A stretch of 64,000 nucleotides of DNA from NCBI GenBank assembly GCA_007130885.1, contig SLRQ01000042.1, positions 1,232 to 65,231 of the forward strand, written 5' to 3'. Made by a program: the position numbers and the translations under genes. The DNA comes from Deltaproteobacteria bacterium (GTDB taxonomy: Bacteria; Myxococcota; Myxococcia; SLRQ01). Below the pieces are notes generated by a model. The model did not search any database and had not been told where the DNA came from. It saw only the letters and a list, made by a program, of their open reading frames with translations. Positions 1 through 10,500 of this stretch are shown piece after piece. How positions within the stretch are numbered: the first letter of the stretch is position 1; the number at the start of each line of letters is the position of its first letter.

Positions 1-1054
1 GCTGGTCGAGCGTTCGGAGAACCTCCGGCAGATCCATTCCCGCGGCACAGGCACGCGAGCATCGCCCACATCCGGTACAGAGTATCTCCTCGAAACGCTT
101 CGGGTATATCGCGAACTTGTGCATTACTCTCTGCCGGTAGCGCGCGCTTTGTTCGGGCCTCGGGTTATGGCCGGACCCGTGCAGTGTGAACAGCGAGGCC
201 TGACAGGTATCCCAGTTGCGACGCCGGGTTCCCCGGTCGATTCCTTCGGGCTCATCTATGATGTCGAAGCAGTGGCAGGTTGGACAGACCGACGCGCATG
301 CTCCGCATCCATGGCAGCGATCCGCTATGTCGGCCCATACGTCATGTTCGAAGTTGGACTCGAGCCATGACTTGATCGCTCCAGGCTCGATATCGAGGTT
401 CTCGGACGCGCGATCGAGTGCCGCTTTTCGCAGCTCATCGGCCTTGCCTTCATCAGGCGGAGACTCGAACACATCTCGGTGAGCCTCAACGAGTTCTTCT
501 CCAGCCGGTGTAAGCACTTCGACTAGGTGGTTGTTGCCGCTGTCATCCACCGGTACCAGAAGAATGTCGGCACCCTTCAGGCTGTCCGGTGAAAGCCCGA
601 CAGCAGGGCAGAAGCAGGAGGAATCCTTTACCGCGCAGGCGCGCGAGATGATGGTCGTGGCTTTCCTGCGGCCGAACCATGGGTCATCCCGGTAGTCCCA
701 GCCCATCACTTTGTCCAGCACGGGTAGCGCGGCGGCGTCACAAGGAAAGGCCCCTACAACGACCGTCCTCGGATAGTCGCCGGAAGGCTGGTCCAGAGAG
801 ATGTCTCCCTTTACCTGACGCCAGCTCAGCAGCGCCTCGGTGGGTGGAAGGAAAAACTCCTTCAGGGAGAGGCGAGGCAGGGGACCGCCAAGGGCGATTC
901 TGCCGGCGTCCTCGATTTCGCGATAGTCGGCGACCGGATTGGAGGAGCTTTCCGTTGCGAGCACCGGAGCAATTACCCTTGCTCCCGCCTCTCGCAAGTC
1001 GTGGGTGAGCTTCGCCAGCCCGGCTTCTGTGAGGTATAGCTTTTCAGGCTTCAC
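1..1054 (-). CDS. flxB: FlxB/AsrA-like 4Fe-4S dicluster protein of the Hdr-Flx complex (partial, runs off window start)
   Basis: Not in the ORF track because it is open at the edge. Hand translation from a GTG at 1054 (GTGA overlap with the flxC stop) gives MKPEKLYLTEAGL..., PCDAAA, CFC and, near the edge, HNPRPEQSARYRQRVMHKF...CTGCGRCSRAC, typical of AsrA/HydB/FlxB. Position fits hdrCBA-flxDCBA order. Confidence 0.82.
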   Translation of the reverse strand, partial: MKPEKLYLTEAGLAKLTHDLREAGARVIAPVLATESSSNPVADYREIEDAGRIALGGPLPRLSLKEFFLPPTEALLSWRQVKGDISLDQPSGDYPRTVVVGAFPCDAAALPVLDKVMGWDYRDDPWFGRRKATTIISRACAVKDSSCFCPAVGLSPDSLKGADILLVPVDDSGNNHLVEVLTPAGEELVEAHRDVFESPPDEGKADELRKAALDRASENLDIEPGAIKSWLESNFEHDVWADIADRCHGCGACASVCPTCHCFDIIDEPEGIDRGTRRRNWDTCQASLFTLHGSGHNPRPEQSARYRQRVMHKFAIYPKRFEEILCTGCGRCSRACAAGMDLPEVLRTLDQ

Positions 1055-1923
1055 TTGATGAACTCCTGATCGTCTTCGAGACGGAAGTCACCCAGCGGGG
1101 AAGGTACATCGGGGTCGTCTCCGGCACGATAGTCGAATCGATCCTCGACCACCTGGTTGACCTTGCCCTTTATCAACGAGAGGGGAATGCCGGCGGGACA
1201 TGCCCTCTCGCACTCCCCGCAGTCCGAGCATCGGCCGGCAAGGTGCAAGGCATGAGTTATCTGCCACGCCAGGGCTCCCCGGAGATGAGGTGAGCTCTCC
1301 ACCCACGAAGGGTCTGTTTTCTCGCATACGCACCGCTCGCAAACACACATCGGGCAAACCTCGCGGCACGCATGGCATCGTATGCAGCGCTCCAGCTCCG
1401 AACTCCAAAAATCGAACCTCTCTTCCGGAGACATGGCCTCGATGCCCGCAATTCGAGATTTTCTGCGGTCGGTGGCCGGAGGTTCCGAAGGCAGCTCGCC
1501 GACGAGGTGGTCCACGTGTCCCGGCTCTCTCAGGTCGCAACCCGTGCATCGATCAGCAACATTCTCCTCGGAAAGAGGCCCGTTGGATTCGGGATCCCGG
1601 TACACACCGCCGCATCGTACTCCTATGAGGACCACGTCATCGCGGGAGATCTGGCTCTCGCGGAGGAGGCCCGCCACCGCGCGGGCGTCGCAACCCTTTA
1701 TGACCACGGCGGGCCGGCCTCGTTTTCGCAAGTGAGCGCGCCTGGGTGAAAGGTATACAGCAAGATTCTGTACTGCCCGATGATCGAACACGAGCCGGTT
1801 TGTCTCCTCGGGAGTTCGAATGAACGCGGGACGAACACCCCGAGGTCCTTCCTCGTAACCTATGACGACGCTGACGTCACCTTCGGACAGCAACTTACTC
1901 GAAAGCTCTTGAAGCTCGCGCAT
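1051..1923 (-). CDS. flxC: FlxC-like 4Fe-4S protein (FdhB/FrhB C-terminal-like)
   Basis: KGCD motif, CIRCHACREVCPMC and HLAGRCSDCGECERACP ferredoxin motifs; lies between the mvhD-like and asrA-like genes. Confidence 0.82.
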   Translation of the reverse strand: MRELQELSSKLLSEGDVSVVIGYEEGPRGVRPAFIRTPEETNRLVFDHRAVQNLAVYLSPRRAHLRKRGRPAVVIKGCDARAVAGLLRESQISRDDVVLIGVRCGGVYRDPESNGPLSEENVADRCTGCDLREPGHVDHLVGELPSEPPATDRRKSRIAGIEAMSPEERFDFWSSELERCIRCHACREVCPMCVCERCVCEKTDPSWVESSPHLRGALAWQITHALHLAGRCSDCGECERACPAGIPLSLIKGKVNQVVEDRFDYRAGDDPDVPSPLGDFRLEDDQEFIK

Positions 1924-1926
1924 GAT

Positions 1927-2391
1927 CTAGCCCTCGTCCACGAGATCTCTGTATGAGGTGAACGGCCCGAGCTCTCTCACGCGGGCAGTGGTCTCGTTGA
2001 CGATCTCCGACCACTTTCGTCCTTCCGACGCGGATACCCACGAGAAGGTCAACCGGTCGAGGTCAATTCCTAGAAAGCTCAATGTCTCGCGAAAAACCGC
2101 GAACCGGCGGCGGGCATGATAATTCCCGGCGGTGTAGTGACAATCGCCGGGATGACAGCCGCTGACTATTACGCCGTCCGCGCCTCTTTCAAAGGCCTTT
2201 ACGACGAAAAGGGGGTCGATGCGTCCGGTGCAGGGCAAGCGGACGATCCTTACGTTCGGCGCCATCTGTATACGGCTGGTGCCGGCCAGGTCGGCACCTG
2301 TGTAAGTGCACCAGTTGCACACGAACGCGACTATCCTTGGCTCGAAAGCCTCGCCCTCACTGCTGGGCCTTGCCGCTGTGGCCTCATTCAT
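1927..2391 (-). CDS. flxD: MvhD/FlxD [2Fe-2S] subunit
   Basis: FVCNWCTYTGADLAG, RLPCTGRID, GCHPGDCHY and WVSASEG are MvhD family motifs. Confidence 0.93.
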   Translation of the reverse strand: MNEATAARPSSEGEAFEPRIVAFVCNWCTYTGADLAGTSRIQMAPNVRIVRLPCTGRIDPLFVVKAFERGADGVIVSGCHPGDCHYTAGNYHARRRFAVFRETLSFLGIDLDRLTFSWVSASEGRKWSEIVNETTARVRELGPFTSYRDLVDEG

Positions 2392-2416
2392 CCTTGCGTC
2401 TCCATCTCGCGCTTAT

Positions 2417-4435
2417 CTACAAAGCGTTTATTGCCGCGAAGATCTGCGCGTCCGTGAAACCTTCCAGTTCTATGCTCTTGGAGGGGCAGGCTACCTGGCA
2501 GCTACCGCATCCCTGACAGACGCCTTCGTTCACTTCAGCTATCACCTTCTCGACCTCGCCGCTTCGGTTCAGCACCTCATATCGTTCCACCGCTCCATAC
2601 GGACAGGCGCGCTCGCAGTGGAAGCAACCGGAACAGGTTACCTTGTCGACTCCCGCTACCGTGGGCTCTCGTTCGAGCCGCTCCTTCGAGAACATCCCCA
2701 GAACCTTGGATGCGGTGGCGCTGGCCATTGCGACCGAGTCGGGTATGTCGCGCGGGGCCTGGCAGGCTCCCGCGACGAAAACCCCGGCCGTATTGGTATC
2801 GACAGGCCGCAGCTTCGGGTGAGCTTCGTTAATGAAGCCGTGCCCGTCGTAGGAAACGGACAGCTTTTGGGCCAGTGACTCGATGCCGGGCTGTGCCTGC
2901 ATGGCGGTGGCCAGCACCACCATGTCCGCGTCTATCTCCATTTGCTCGCCCGACAGCGTATCGAAGCCGGTCAGCCGGACCTTCTCGCCCTCGCGCTGGA
3001 TGCTGGAGACGCGGCCGCGGATGTACTTCGCGCCGTCTTCCTCGATCGCGCGGCGTACGAACTCGTCGTAACCTTTTCCGCCGGCGCGTATGTCCATGTA
3101 GAAGACTATGGCTTCTCCATCGTGGACCTTATGCCGGTAAAGCATGGTGTGCTTGGCCACATACATGCAGCAAAGCTTGGAGCAGTACTCGATGCCCTTG
3201 GATGGCTCTCGGGAGCCGATGCATTGCAGGAATACCACGCGCTTGGGGACCTTGCCGTCGGAAGGACGCACGATCTCTCCGCCGCTGGGTCCGGAAGCGG
3301 AAGCAATTCGCTCGAACTGCATTCCGTCGATTACGTCGGGGACCGTCCCGTAACCGTACTCTCCATATCCCGTTATCCCCTTGCGCGTTTGCTCCTTGCC
3401 TATGGAGTAGAGCTGATATCCGGTGGCGACGACGATCGCACCGACCTTTTCGGTGACAAACGTGTCTTCCTGCTCGAAGTCGATGGCGTCCCGCCCACAG
3501 GCCTCGGCGCACCTGCCGCACGCGGCCTTGGCCTTCTTCTTCTGCATGCCCTTGATTCGAAGGCAGTTCTCACGGTCTATGACCGGTATGTTGGGAACTG
3601 CTTGCGGGAAAGGCACATAGATGGCGGTTCGGTTGCCGAGCCCCGCGTCGAACTCGCTGGGAATCTTCTTCATTGGGCAGACGGACTGACATTCGCCGCA
3701 TCCGTTGCAGCGGGTCTCGTCCACGCCGCGAGCCTTCTTTCGAATCTTGACCGAGAAGTTCCCGATGTAGCCGTCCACCGATTCGATCTCGCTGTAGGTG
3801 AGCAGCTTGATGCGGGGGTGCTGGTGTACTTCGACCATGCGTGGCGTGAGAATGCACTGTGAGCAGTCAAGGGTGGGAAAGGTCTCCGAGAGCCTGCTCA
3901 TGTGCCCGCCGATAGACGGCTGCTTTTCCACCAGCACGACCTCACGGCCGCCGTCGGCCATGTCTAGGGCGGCTTGAAGCCCGGAAATGCCCCCTCCTAT
4001 TACGAGGGCACGCCGCTCCAGCGATATACTGATGGGTGCGAGAGGGGAGTTTCTCTTAATCTTCTCCGAGATGAACCGCGTAAGATCGATGGCCTTTGCC
4101 GTTGCGGCGTCGCGATCCTCGTGAATCCACGAACACTGCTCCCGGATGTTGGTCATCTCGCAGAGATAAGGGTTGAGCCCTGCCCCTTCCGTTGCTTTGC
4201 GGAAGGTTTTTTCGTGCATGTGCGGTGAGCACGCCGCGACTACCACGCCGGTAAGGTTCTTCTCGGCGATGGCCTCCTTGATGAGGTTCTGGCCGGGGTC
4301 CGAGCACATGTACTTGTAGTCCACGGCGTGAACTACGCCGGGAAGCTCACCACATGCGTTGGCTACCGCTTCACAATCGACAGTGCGGCCGATGTTCTCA
4401 CCGCAGTGGCAGACGAAGACACCGATGCGTGCCAT
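2417..4435 (-). CDS. hdrA: Heterodisulfide reductase subunit A (FAD, electron-bifurcating)
   Basis: RIGVFVCHCGENI, ACSP, NIREQCSW, GGGISG FAD motif, TFPTLDCSQCIL, YCSKLCC, FYMDIRA and C-terminal ferredoxin motifs. Confidence 0.96.
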   Translation of the reverse strand: MARIGVFVCHCGENIGRTVDCEAVANACGELPGVVHAVDYKYMCSDPGQNLIKEAIAEKNLTGVVVAACSPHMHEKTFRKATEGAGLNPYLCEMTNIREQCSWIHEDRDAATAKAIDLTRFISEKIKRNSPLAPISISLERRALVIGGGISGLQAALDMADGGREVVLVEKQPSIGGHMSRLSETFPTLDCSQCILTPRMVEVHQHPRIKLLTYSEIESVDGYIGNFSVKIRKKARGVDETRCNGCGECQSVCPMKKIPSEFDAGLGNRTAIYVPFPQAVPNIPVIDRENCLRIKGMQKKKAKAACGRCAEACGRDAIDFEQEDTFVTEKVGAIVVATGYQLYSIGKEQTRKGITGYGEYGYGTVPDVIDGMQFERIASASGPSGGEIVRPSDGKVPKRVVFLQCIGSREPSKGIEYCSKLCCMYVAKHTMLYRHKVHDGEAIVFYMDIRAGGKGYDEFVRRAIEEDGAKYIRGRVSSIQREGEKVRLTGFDTLSGEQMEIDADMVVLATAMQAQPGIESLAQKLSVSYDGHGFINEAHPKLRPVDTNTAGVFVAGACQAPRDIPDSVAMASATASKVLGMFSKERLEREPTVAGVDKVTCSGCFHCERACPYGAVERYEVLNRSGEVEKVIAEVNEGVCQGCGSCQVACPSKSIELEGFTDAQIFAAINAL

Positions 4436-5334
4436 CAGCCAACCTCCGTTGCCGCCGCGCTCTCACCTTCGCGAGGCCCGGGTATGCGAGAAATAAACGA
4501 CGCCGTGCTGACAAAGTGGCGTCCAAGACCGAGGGCTACGTGGTCCTGCCCCAACGCCAGACCGACGAGCTGTGAAAGGTATATGACAGGAATGTCCATC
4601 CCTCCTTCGCTGCGCCGGGCTATTGCCTTCTGCCTGAAGTCCAGGTTCGAGTGACACATTGGACAAGCCACGACCAATACATCCGCGCCTGCCCCGCGTG
4701 CGTCTTCCAAAATAGTGCGGGACAAACGAACGACCGATGAGGTTCTCGATAGAGAAAACCCTCCTCCGCAACAGTCCAGCCGCCGGTTCCAGCTCACCGG
4801 CTTGGCGCCGGTGGCCTTTACGACTGTTTCCATCATGGTGGGCGCTTCGACATCGTCTAGATCGTTCAGCTCCGGAGGCCTGACCAGTAGGCAACCGTAA
4901 TAGCAGGCAACCTTGATGTCCTCGAGCGGACGCTTTGCTTTCTCACGTACCTTGGGTGCCAGCTCCGCCAGGAGGCGCACCAACGATATCGGGCGTGCCG
5001 TTCCAACAGACCGACCTATGGCTTTCTCCACGGCCGCGCCGGTGGCCGGATCATTGTCCACGGCTCTGCGCGCCGCGGCCAGCCGGCTGTAGCATGCCGC
5101 GCAGGGAGCCAGTATCTGCTCGTGGCCTTGCTCCGCGGCAAGGGCCAAGGTGCGTGCCGGCAGCGCGACTCCTAGTAGATGGTTTGTCGCGTGCGCGGAC
5201 GTTGCTCCGCAACAAGCCCAGTCGTCGATTTCATTGATCTCAACGTCGAGTGGCCCAGTGATTACGCCGAGGCTCTCGGCGTACTCCCGTGCGGTTGCGT
5301 GCAGGGAGCAGCCGGGGAAGTAGCCTATCTTCAT
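4435..5334 (-). CDS. hdrB: Heterodisulfide reductase subunit B (CCG domains)
   Basis: YFPGCSL, WACCGA, CYYGCLL, CCGGG, ACPMCHSNLD. Confidence 0.95.
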   Translation of the reverse strand: MKIGYFPGCSLHATAREYAESLGVITGPLDVEINEIDDWACCGATSAHATNHLLGVALPARTLALAAEQGHEQILAPCAACYSRLAAARRAVDNDPATGAAVEKAIGRSVGTARPISLVRLLAELAPKVREKAKRPLEDIKVACYYGCLLVRPPELNDLDDVEAPTMMETVVKATGAKPVSWNRRLDCCGGGFSLSRTSSVVRLSRTILEDARGAGADVLVVACPMCHSNLDFRQKAIARRSEGGMDIPVIYLSQLVGLALGQDHVALGLGRHFVSTASFISRIPGPREGESAAATEVG

Positions 5335-5951
5335 GCGTTCTCCGCTCCTTCCGTGCCCGGATTCTGCTGCGCGGTGGTAGTGCTGGTTGAGTCGGACTCA
5401 TGCCGGGTGCATGCATCGAAGATCCGCCGAATCTCTTCAAGGCCCTGAATACGAGAGGGCGCCAGAGCAAGCTTTCCGCGGCCCAGCATGCCCGGAGCCG
5501 CCATGACGTCGGCGAAAAGCGCACCGCTCCGCATCTTGTAGCTCATTATGAGCCCCATCTCGAACAACCTGCCGGAGCGCTGAATCTGCTTGAGAAACGC
5601 GTTGTGGAATGCTCTGATGTTGCGAGGAGGCTGCGCGGCTCCCTCGTTCAGGGCGGTCTCACGAAGGCAGTCGATGATGCGCGCGGGATCGCAGCTGTTC
5701 GGGCACCTCGCGGTGCAAGTCTCACACGTAAGACACAGCCATATCGACTCGCTGGAAAGAAGCTGTTCCCTATCGTCGAACTGCAGCATGCGCAGGACGT
5801 CGTGAGGTCTAAGGCTGGTTTCTACCGCCATGGGGCATCCCGCGGAGCATTTGCCGCATTGGTAGCAGGTCGCGGGGTTCAAGCCGGTCTTGCGGCGCAC
5901 TTCTCCAGCCAACGTGGCGGGGGCTGCTGACTCGGGTATCGACATGCCCAT
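5331..5951 (-). CDS. hdrC: Heterodisulfide reductase subunit C
   Basis: CYQCGKCSAGCP and IWLCLTCETCTARCP; first gene of the hdrCBA operon, overlapping the hdrB start. Confidence 0.94.
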   Translation of the reverse strand: MGMSIPESAAPATLAGEVRRKTGLNPATCYQCGKCSAGCPMAVETSLRPHDVLRMLQFDDREQLLSSESIWLCLTCETCTARCPNSCDPARIIDCLRETALNEGAAQPPRNIRAFHNAFLKQIQRSGRLFEMGLIMSYKMRSGALFADVMAAPGMLGRGKLALAPSRIQGLEEIRRIFDACTRHESDSTSTTTAQQNPGTEGAENA

Positions 5952-6248
5952 CCTCTCGCTAACTGTTCAGTTCCTCTAATTCGCGAACGCCTTTCCATGG
6001 ATAATCATTCCGGACGCCGCACTTGATGATTGTCTACCAGAAGTCACTCCTGGAGTGAACCCTTTTCTTATTAAGGTTGCACTCTTTCTTGCTTCCGTAA
6101 GTCACGGAACGTTGGAGCCGGGCTCTTTATTGCTCTTTGGAGGCCGGCATCGCTGCTGGTCGCTTCGTTCAGTAGGGCAAACAGCCTGCGCGCGACTGGG
6201 CGTAACCGGCGGAAAGTACGACGTTTTTAGCGTGAGTAAAAATTTCTC

Positions 6249-6277
6249 TTGACTTGAGGAGACGCGGAAGCTAGGAG
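6249..6277 (+). promoter_or_regulatory. Possible sigma70-type promoter of rex-hyd operon
   Basis: TTGACT (6249-6254), 17 bp, TAGGAG (weak -10), directly upstream of the Rex-like boxes. Confidence 0.35.
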
Positions 6278-6279
6278 TG

Positions 6280-6314
6280 GTGTGAAGCGTTGCACAGCGT
6301 GAAAACATTCACAG
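6280..6314. promoter_or_regulatory. Two tandem Rex operator-like palindromes
   Basis: TGTGAA-gcgt-TGCACA (6281-6296) and CGTGAA-aaca-TTCACA (6298-6313) each match the Rex core TGTGAA-N4-TTCACA with one mismatch. They end 10 bp before the rex ATG. Confidence 0.75.
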
Positions 6315-6323
6315 TGACCCTGG

Positions 6324-6965
6324 ATGATGTCCACACCAAAGAAAACAGTCAGCAGGCTCAGTATGTATCGGCGGCTTCTTCAGGCGGAGCTCGACCGGGG
6401 CGTATCGAACATTTTCTCCCACAATCTCGCTTCGCTTGCGGGATCGACGGCGGCCCAGGTCCGGCGTGACTTGACCTACATAGGATGCACCGGCAGCCCT
6501 AAGACGGGATACCCCGTATCGGAGCTGCGGGACGCCATCGGCAGGTGCTTGAGCCCGAACGGGGAGGAACGACTCGCGCTGGTTGGGGTGGGGGACCTTG
6601 GGCGAGCGATTCTCTCTCGCTTCAGGGGCAGGCAAGGGCACTTGTCGATTACGGCTGCTTTCGACACCGATATCAGCAAGACGGGGAGAGTTACGCACGG
6701 GTGTCGGTGTTACTCGATGTCCGAGATCGAAGATGTCGTCAGGCGGGAAGGCATCGTGGCGGCTATTCTCGCGGTGCCCGCGGATGAAGCGCAGGGTGCC
6801 GCCGAGACGCTGGCGATGGCCGGTGTGACCGGAATCCTGAACTTCGCACCGGTGTCGCTTCGGCTGCCACGAAACGTGCATGTCGAAAATAACGATTTGA
6901 CCATGGCAATTGAGAAGGTCGCTTTTTTTGGGCGGGAAAACCACAACGCGAAACGGAAACAGTAG
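6324..6965 (+). CDS. rex: Redox-sensing transcriptional repressor Rex
   Basis: RLSMYRR, AAQVRRDL, GY wing, GVGDLG Rossmann motif, GILNFAP. Confidence 0.95.
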   Translation: MMSTPKKTVSRLSMYRRLLQAELDRGVSNIFSHNLASLAGSTAAQVRRDLTYIGCTGSPKTGYPVSELRDAIGRCLSPNGEERLALVGVGDLGRAILSRFRGRQGHLSITAAFDTDISKTGRVTHGCRCYSMSEIEDVVRREGIVAAILAVPADEAQGAAETLAMAGVTGILNFAPVSLRLPRNVHVENNDLTMAIEKVAFFGRENHNAKRKQ

Positions 6966-6980
6966 AAACGAGGTGGCTTC

Positions 6981-7472
6981 GTGAAAGAGTCCGCGAAGAA
7001 GGTTAAGGCGATTTTAGCGAAATATCCGGATTCAGGTCGGGATGCATTGATACCGATACTGCAGGACATACAGGACGAACTGGGATACCTGCCGACGTCC
7101 GCGATAATGCAGGTGGGGGCGCATTTGGCACTCCCCTCGAGCAAGATCTACGGCGTGGCGACATTCTACAACCAGTTTAGATTTCAGCCGAAGGGACGAA
7201 ATCATATTACGATTTGTCGGGGCACGGCTTGCCATGTCAAAGGTTCGGGTAAGCTGCTCGAGAACGCTGTTGCGACGCTGAAGATCAAGCCCGGTCAAAC
7301 CAGTCGTGACAAGCTCTTCAGCTTGGAAACGGTAGCCTGTATGGGCGCTTGTGGGTTGGCTCCGGTGATAACGGTCAACGATGAGTTCAACGCAAAGGCT
7401 TCACCGGCGAAGCTCAATCGGCTTGCGCGGTGCTGCAAGGACGAGATCACGCAAGAACGGGAAAACAGCTAG
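6981..7472 (+). CDS. hydC: NuoE-like [2Fe-2S] hydrogenase subunit (HydC/HndA)
   Basis: GVATFY, CRGTACHVKG, ACMGACGLAP. Confidence 0.92.
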   Translation: MKESAKKVKAILAKYPDSGRDALIPILQDIQDELGYLPTSAIMQVGAHLALPSSKIYGVATFYNQFRFQPKGRNHITICRGTACHVKGSGKLLENAVATLKIKPGQTSRDKLFSLETVACMGACGLAPVITVNDEFNAKASPAKLNRLARCCKDEITQERENS

Positions 7473-7579
7473 CGCTTTACTATTCTTGTTGTCAATGAGG
7501 CGGCGAAACGCAAGGCCTGGGCTTGGCGATGGCTAGAGGCCGAAATCAGCGCCGCTGACGAGAGGCAGGAGTTCACACA

Positions 7580-10500
7580 ATGACGAAGAATACACCATCC
7601 AACACAGCTGAAAACTGCTGGCCGGAACCGAGCCCTATCCATGATGATTTATTGAACTGGATGCCCGCCGGCCCGCTTGCCGCCGCGCGCGCCGAGGGTA
7701 AGAAAGCAATTAGAGCGGAGCTGTCGCGGCTTCGTCGCGAAAGCGTTTCAAAGCCGGTAGTGTTTTTGGGGACCGGGACCTGCGGGCTGGGAGCCGGTGC
7801 CGCGAAGACGCTGGAGGCCGTTCGAGATTATGTGGAACAGGGTGGACTGGATGTGGATGTCGTGGAGGTTGGGTGCATAGGTTTATGCTCCGAGGAGCCC
7901 ATTCTTGATGTGCAACTTCCAAGAAAAGCTAGAATCAGCTTCGGCTCCGTCACTGTGACCAACTTAAAGGACGTGCTCGACGGGGCGTTGAAAGAGGATT
8001 TGTCGAGCATTCCGAAAGCAGAAATACTGGGGCAGTTTAGGGGCACGGGCGAGACCTGGGATGGAGTGCGATTCATCGATGAGCACCCTTTCATGGTCAG
8101 GCAGCGCAGGGTGGTGCTTGCCGCTAGTGGGATAATCGATCCCACCAACATCGATGAGTACATTGCTCTGGGTGGCTATTCCGCTTTGGCCAAGACACTT
8201 CGTGGAATGACTCCCATCGAAGTTTGCGATGAGGTCGAGAGTAGCGGGCTGCGTGGGCGTGGCGGAGGAGGTTTTCCAGCAGGCAAGAAGTGGAAGTTCG
8301 CTCTCGGGGCCGAGTCTGATCGCAAGTATCTGATTTGCAATGCGGATGAAGGAGATCCCGGAGCCTTCATGGATCGCGCGGTGGCGGAGAGCGATCCTCA
8401 CCGTCTCATCGAAGGCATGCTCATAGCCGCGTACGCAATCGGTGCTTCCAAATCGTATATTTACATTCGGGCCGAGTATCCCTTGGCCATCGAGCGTCTC
8501 AGATCGGCCATCGTCCAGGCACGCGAGTACGGTCTCGTTGGTGAAAATATCCTGGACAGTGGCGTCAACGTCGACATCGTCATCAAGATGGGGGCGGGCG
8601 CGTTCGTGTGCGGAGAGGAAACCGCGCTCATCCACAGCATCGAAGGCAAGCGAGGCATGCCTCGACCTCGGCCACCGTTTCCCGCCGTTCGAGGTCTCTT
8701 TGGTAAGCCGACGATAATCAACAATGTGGAGACACTGTCGAATTTGTCTCTCATTCTCGATCGGGGCGCTGAATGGTTTGCCGGGATGGGCACCGAAGGC
8801 TCAAAGGGCACAAAAGTGTTCGCCCTTTCGGGCATGGTCAACCGAACCGGTTTGCTCGAGGTCCCGATGGGTACCACCTTGAGGCAGGTAGTCTATGAGG
8901 TTGGGGGAGGTATACCGAACAATAAACCGTGCAAAGCTGTGCAAATCGGGGGGCCGTCCGGCGGTTGTGTTCCGGAAGCCCACCTCGATATTCCCACTGA
9001 TTACGAAGCCCTAAAGGAGTTCGGAACCATCATGGGATCCGGGGGGCTCGTAGTGGTCGACGATGGTACTTGCATGGTGGACTTTGCGAAGTTTTTCATG
9101 GAGTTCATCCAATCGGAGAGCTGCGGCAAGTGCATACCGTGTCGCGAAGGCACAGGTCGCATGCTAGAGATTCTCGAGGCGTTGGGGCGTCAGCGAAAGG
9201 ATGAGAAGGAACTCGACGCCCTCCTACGGATTCAAGGCATCATGGGTCTGGAAAAGCTTGCGAGGACAATCAAGGATACGAGTCTCTGCGGGCTTGGCCA
9301 GACTGCTCCTAATCCCGTACTTAGCACCCTCAAATGGTTCCGTGAGGAATACGAAGCACACGTATTCGAACGAAGCTGTCCGGCCGGTGCTTGCAAGGAC
9401 CTGGTTGGCGCTCCGTGTCAGACCGGTTGCCCGGTTGGAACTGAAGCCTGGCGTTATGTTGCGCATATTTCCAGAGGCGAGTACCCAGAAGCGTATGAAG
9501 CCATTCGCTCGGCGAACCCTCTTCCCTCGACTTGCGCTCGCGTGTGTCATCATCCATGCGAATCCATCTGCCGCGCCGGCTCCACCGGCAGTCAGCCGAT
9601 TGCGATTCGTAGCCTCAAGAGGTTCGTGGTCGATGCCGTGGAGCCGAGTTCATACAGCCCGTTGGTGCCGACTGTCGGCGAGGGTGCGAAGAGAGTTGCG
9701 GTCATTGGAGGAGGCCCCTCGGGTTTGACGGCTGCGCACAATCTGTCGCTGCTAGGTCACAAAGTGACAATTATCGAGAGGGAAGATCGACTGGGCGGCA
9801 TGTTAGTCGGTGCAATTCCAGCTTATCGCCTACCTCGCGAAGTTCTTGCGAAGGAGATCGATGCTCTGCTCAATGAAAACATCGAAGTGCGATATGGGGA
9901 AGTACTCGGCCGTGACATTTCTATCGATGGATTGATGGATGATTACGACGCCGTTTATGTCGCAACCGGGTCCCACAAGAGCAAGAGTCTCGACCTGGAG
10001 GGCGAGGACGCTAAAGGAATCTATCGGGGCATTGAGTTTCTGAACGCCCATAACCTTCAAGGCAAGGAGCTTGCTCGGGGCAAGGTTGGCGTAATCGGCG
10101 GTGGAAACAGCGCTATTGACGCTGCCAGAGTCGCGCTAAGGCAGAAACAAGTGGAGCAAGTCACGGTGTTCTATAGGCGAACCCGCGCGGAGATGCCGGC
10201 ATACGAAGAGGAGATAGAAGCCGGCCTCGAGGAAGGATTGGTAATCGAGGAACTAGTGTCTCCGCTTTCGGTGTCCGTAAAGTCGGGGCAGCTCGAATGT
10301 TTTCGATTGCAGCGTAACAAGCTAGGAGAGCCCGATGAATCAGGTCGCCGCAGGCCGGTGCCGATCGAAGGTTCAGAACTCGATGTCTCGCTGGACACTC
10401 TCATTGTGGCAATCAGCGAGCAGCCCGAGGAGACGGGCCTCGAGAAGTTGCGGCGTACTAGATGGGGCACCGTCGAAATAAACATGGAAAGCCACCTCAC

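Noticed and set aside
1927-4435. Selenocysteine recoding in HdrA/FlxD
   Set aside because: Both ORFs are full length with Cys at the motif positions and no in-frame TGA.
1-5951. Evidence of methanogenesis or sulfate reduction
   Set aside because: Hdr-Flx is widespread in anaerobic bacteria; no mcr, dsr or apr genes are in the window.
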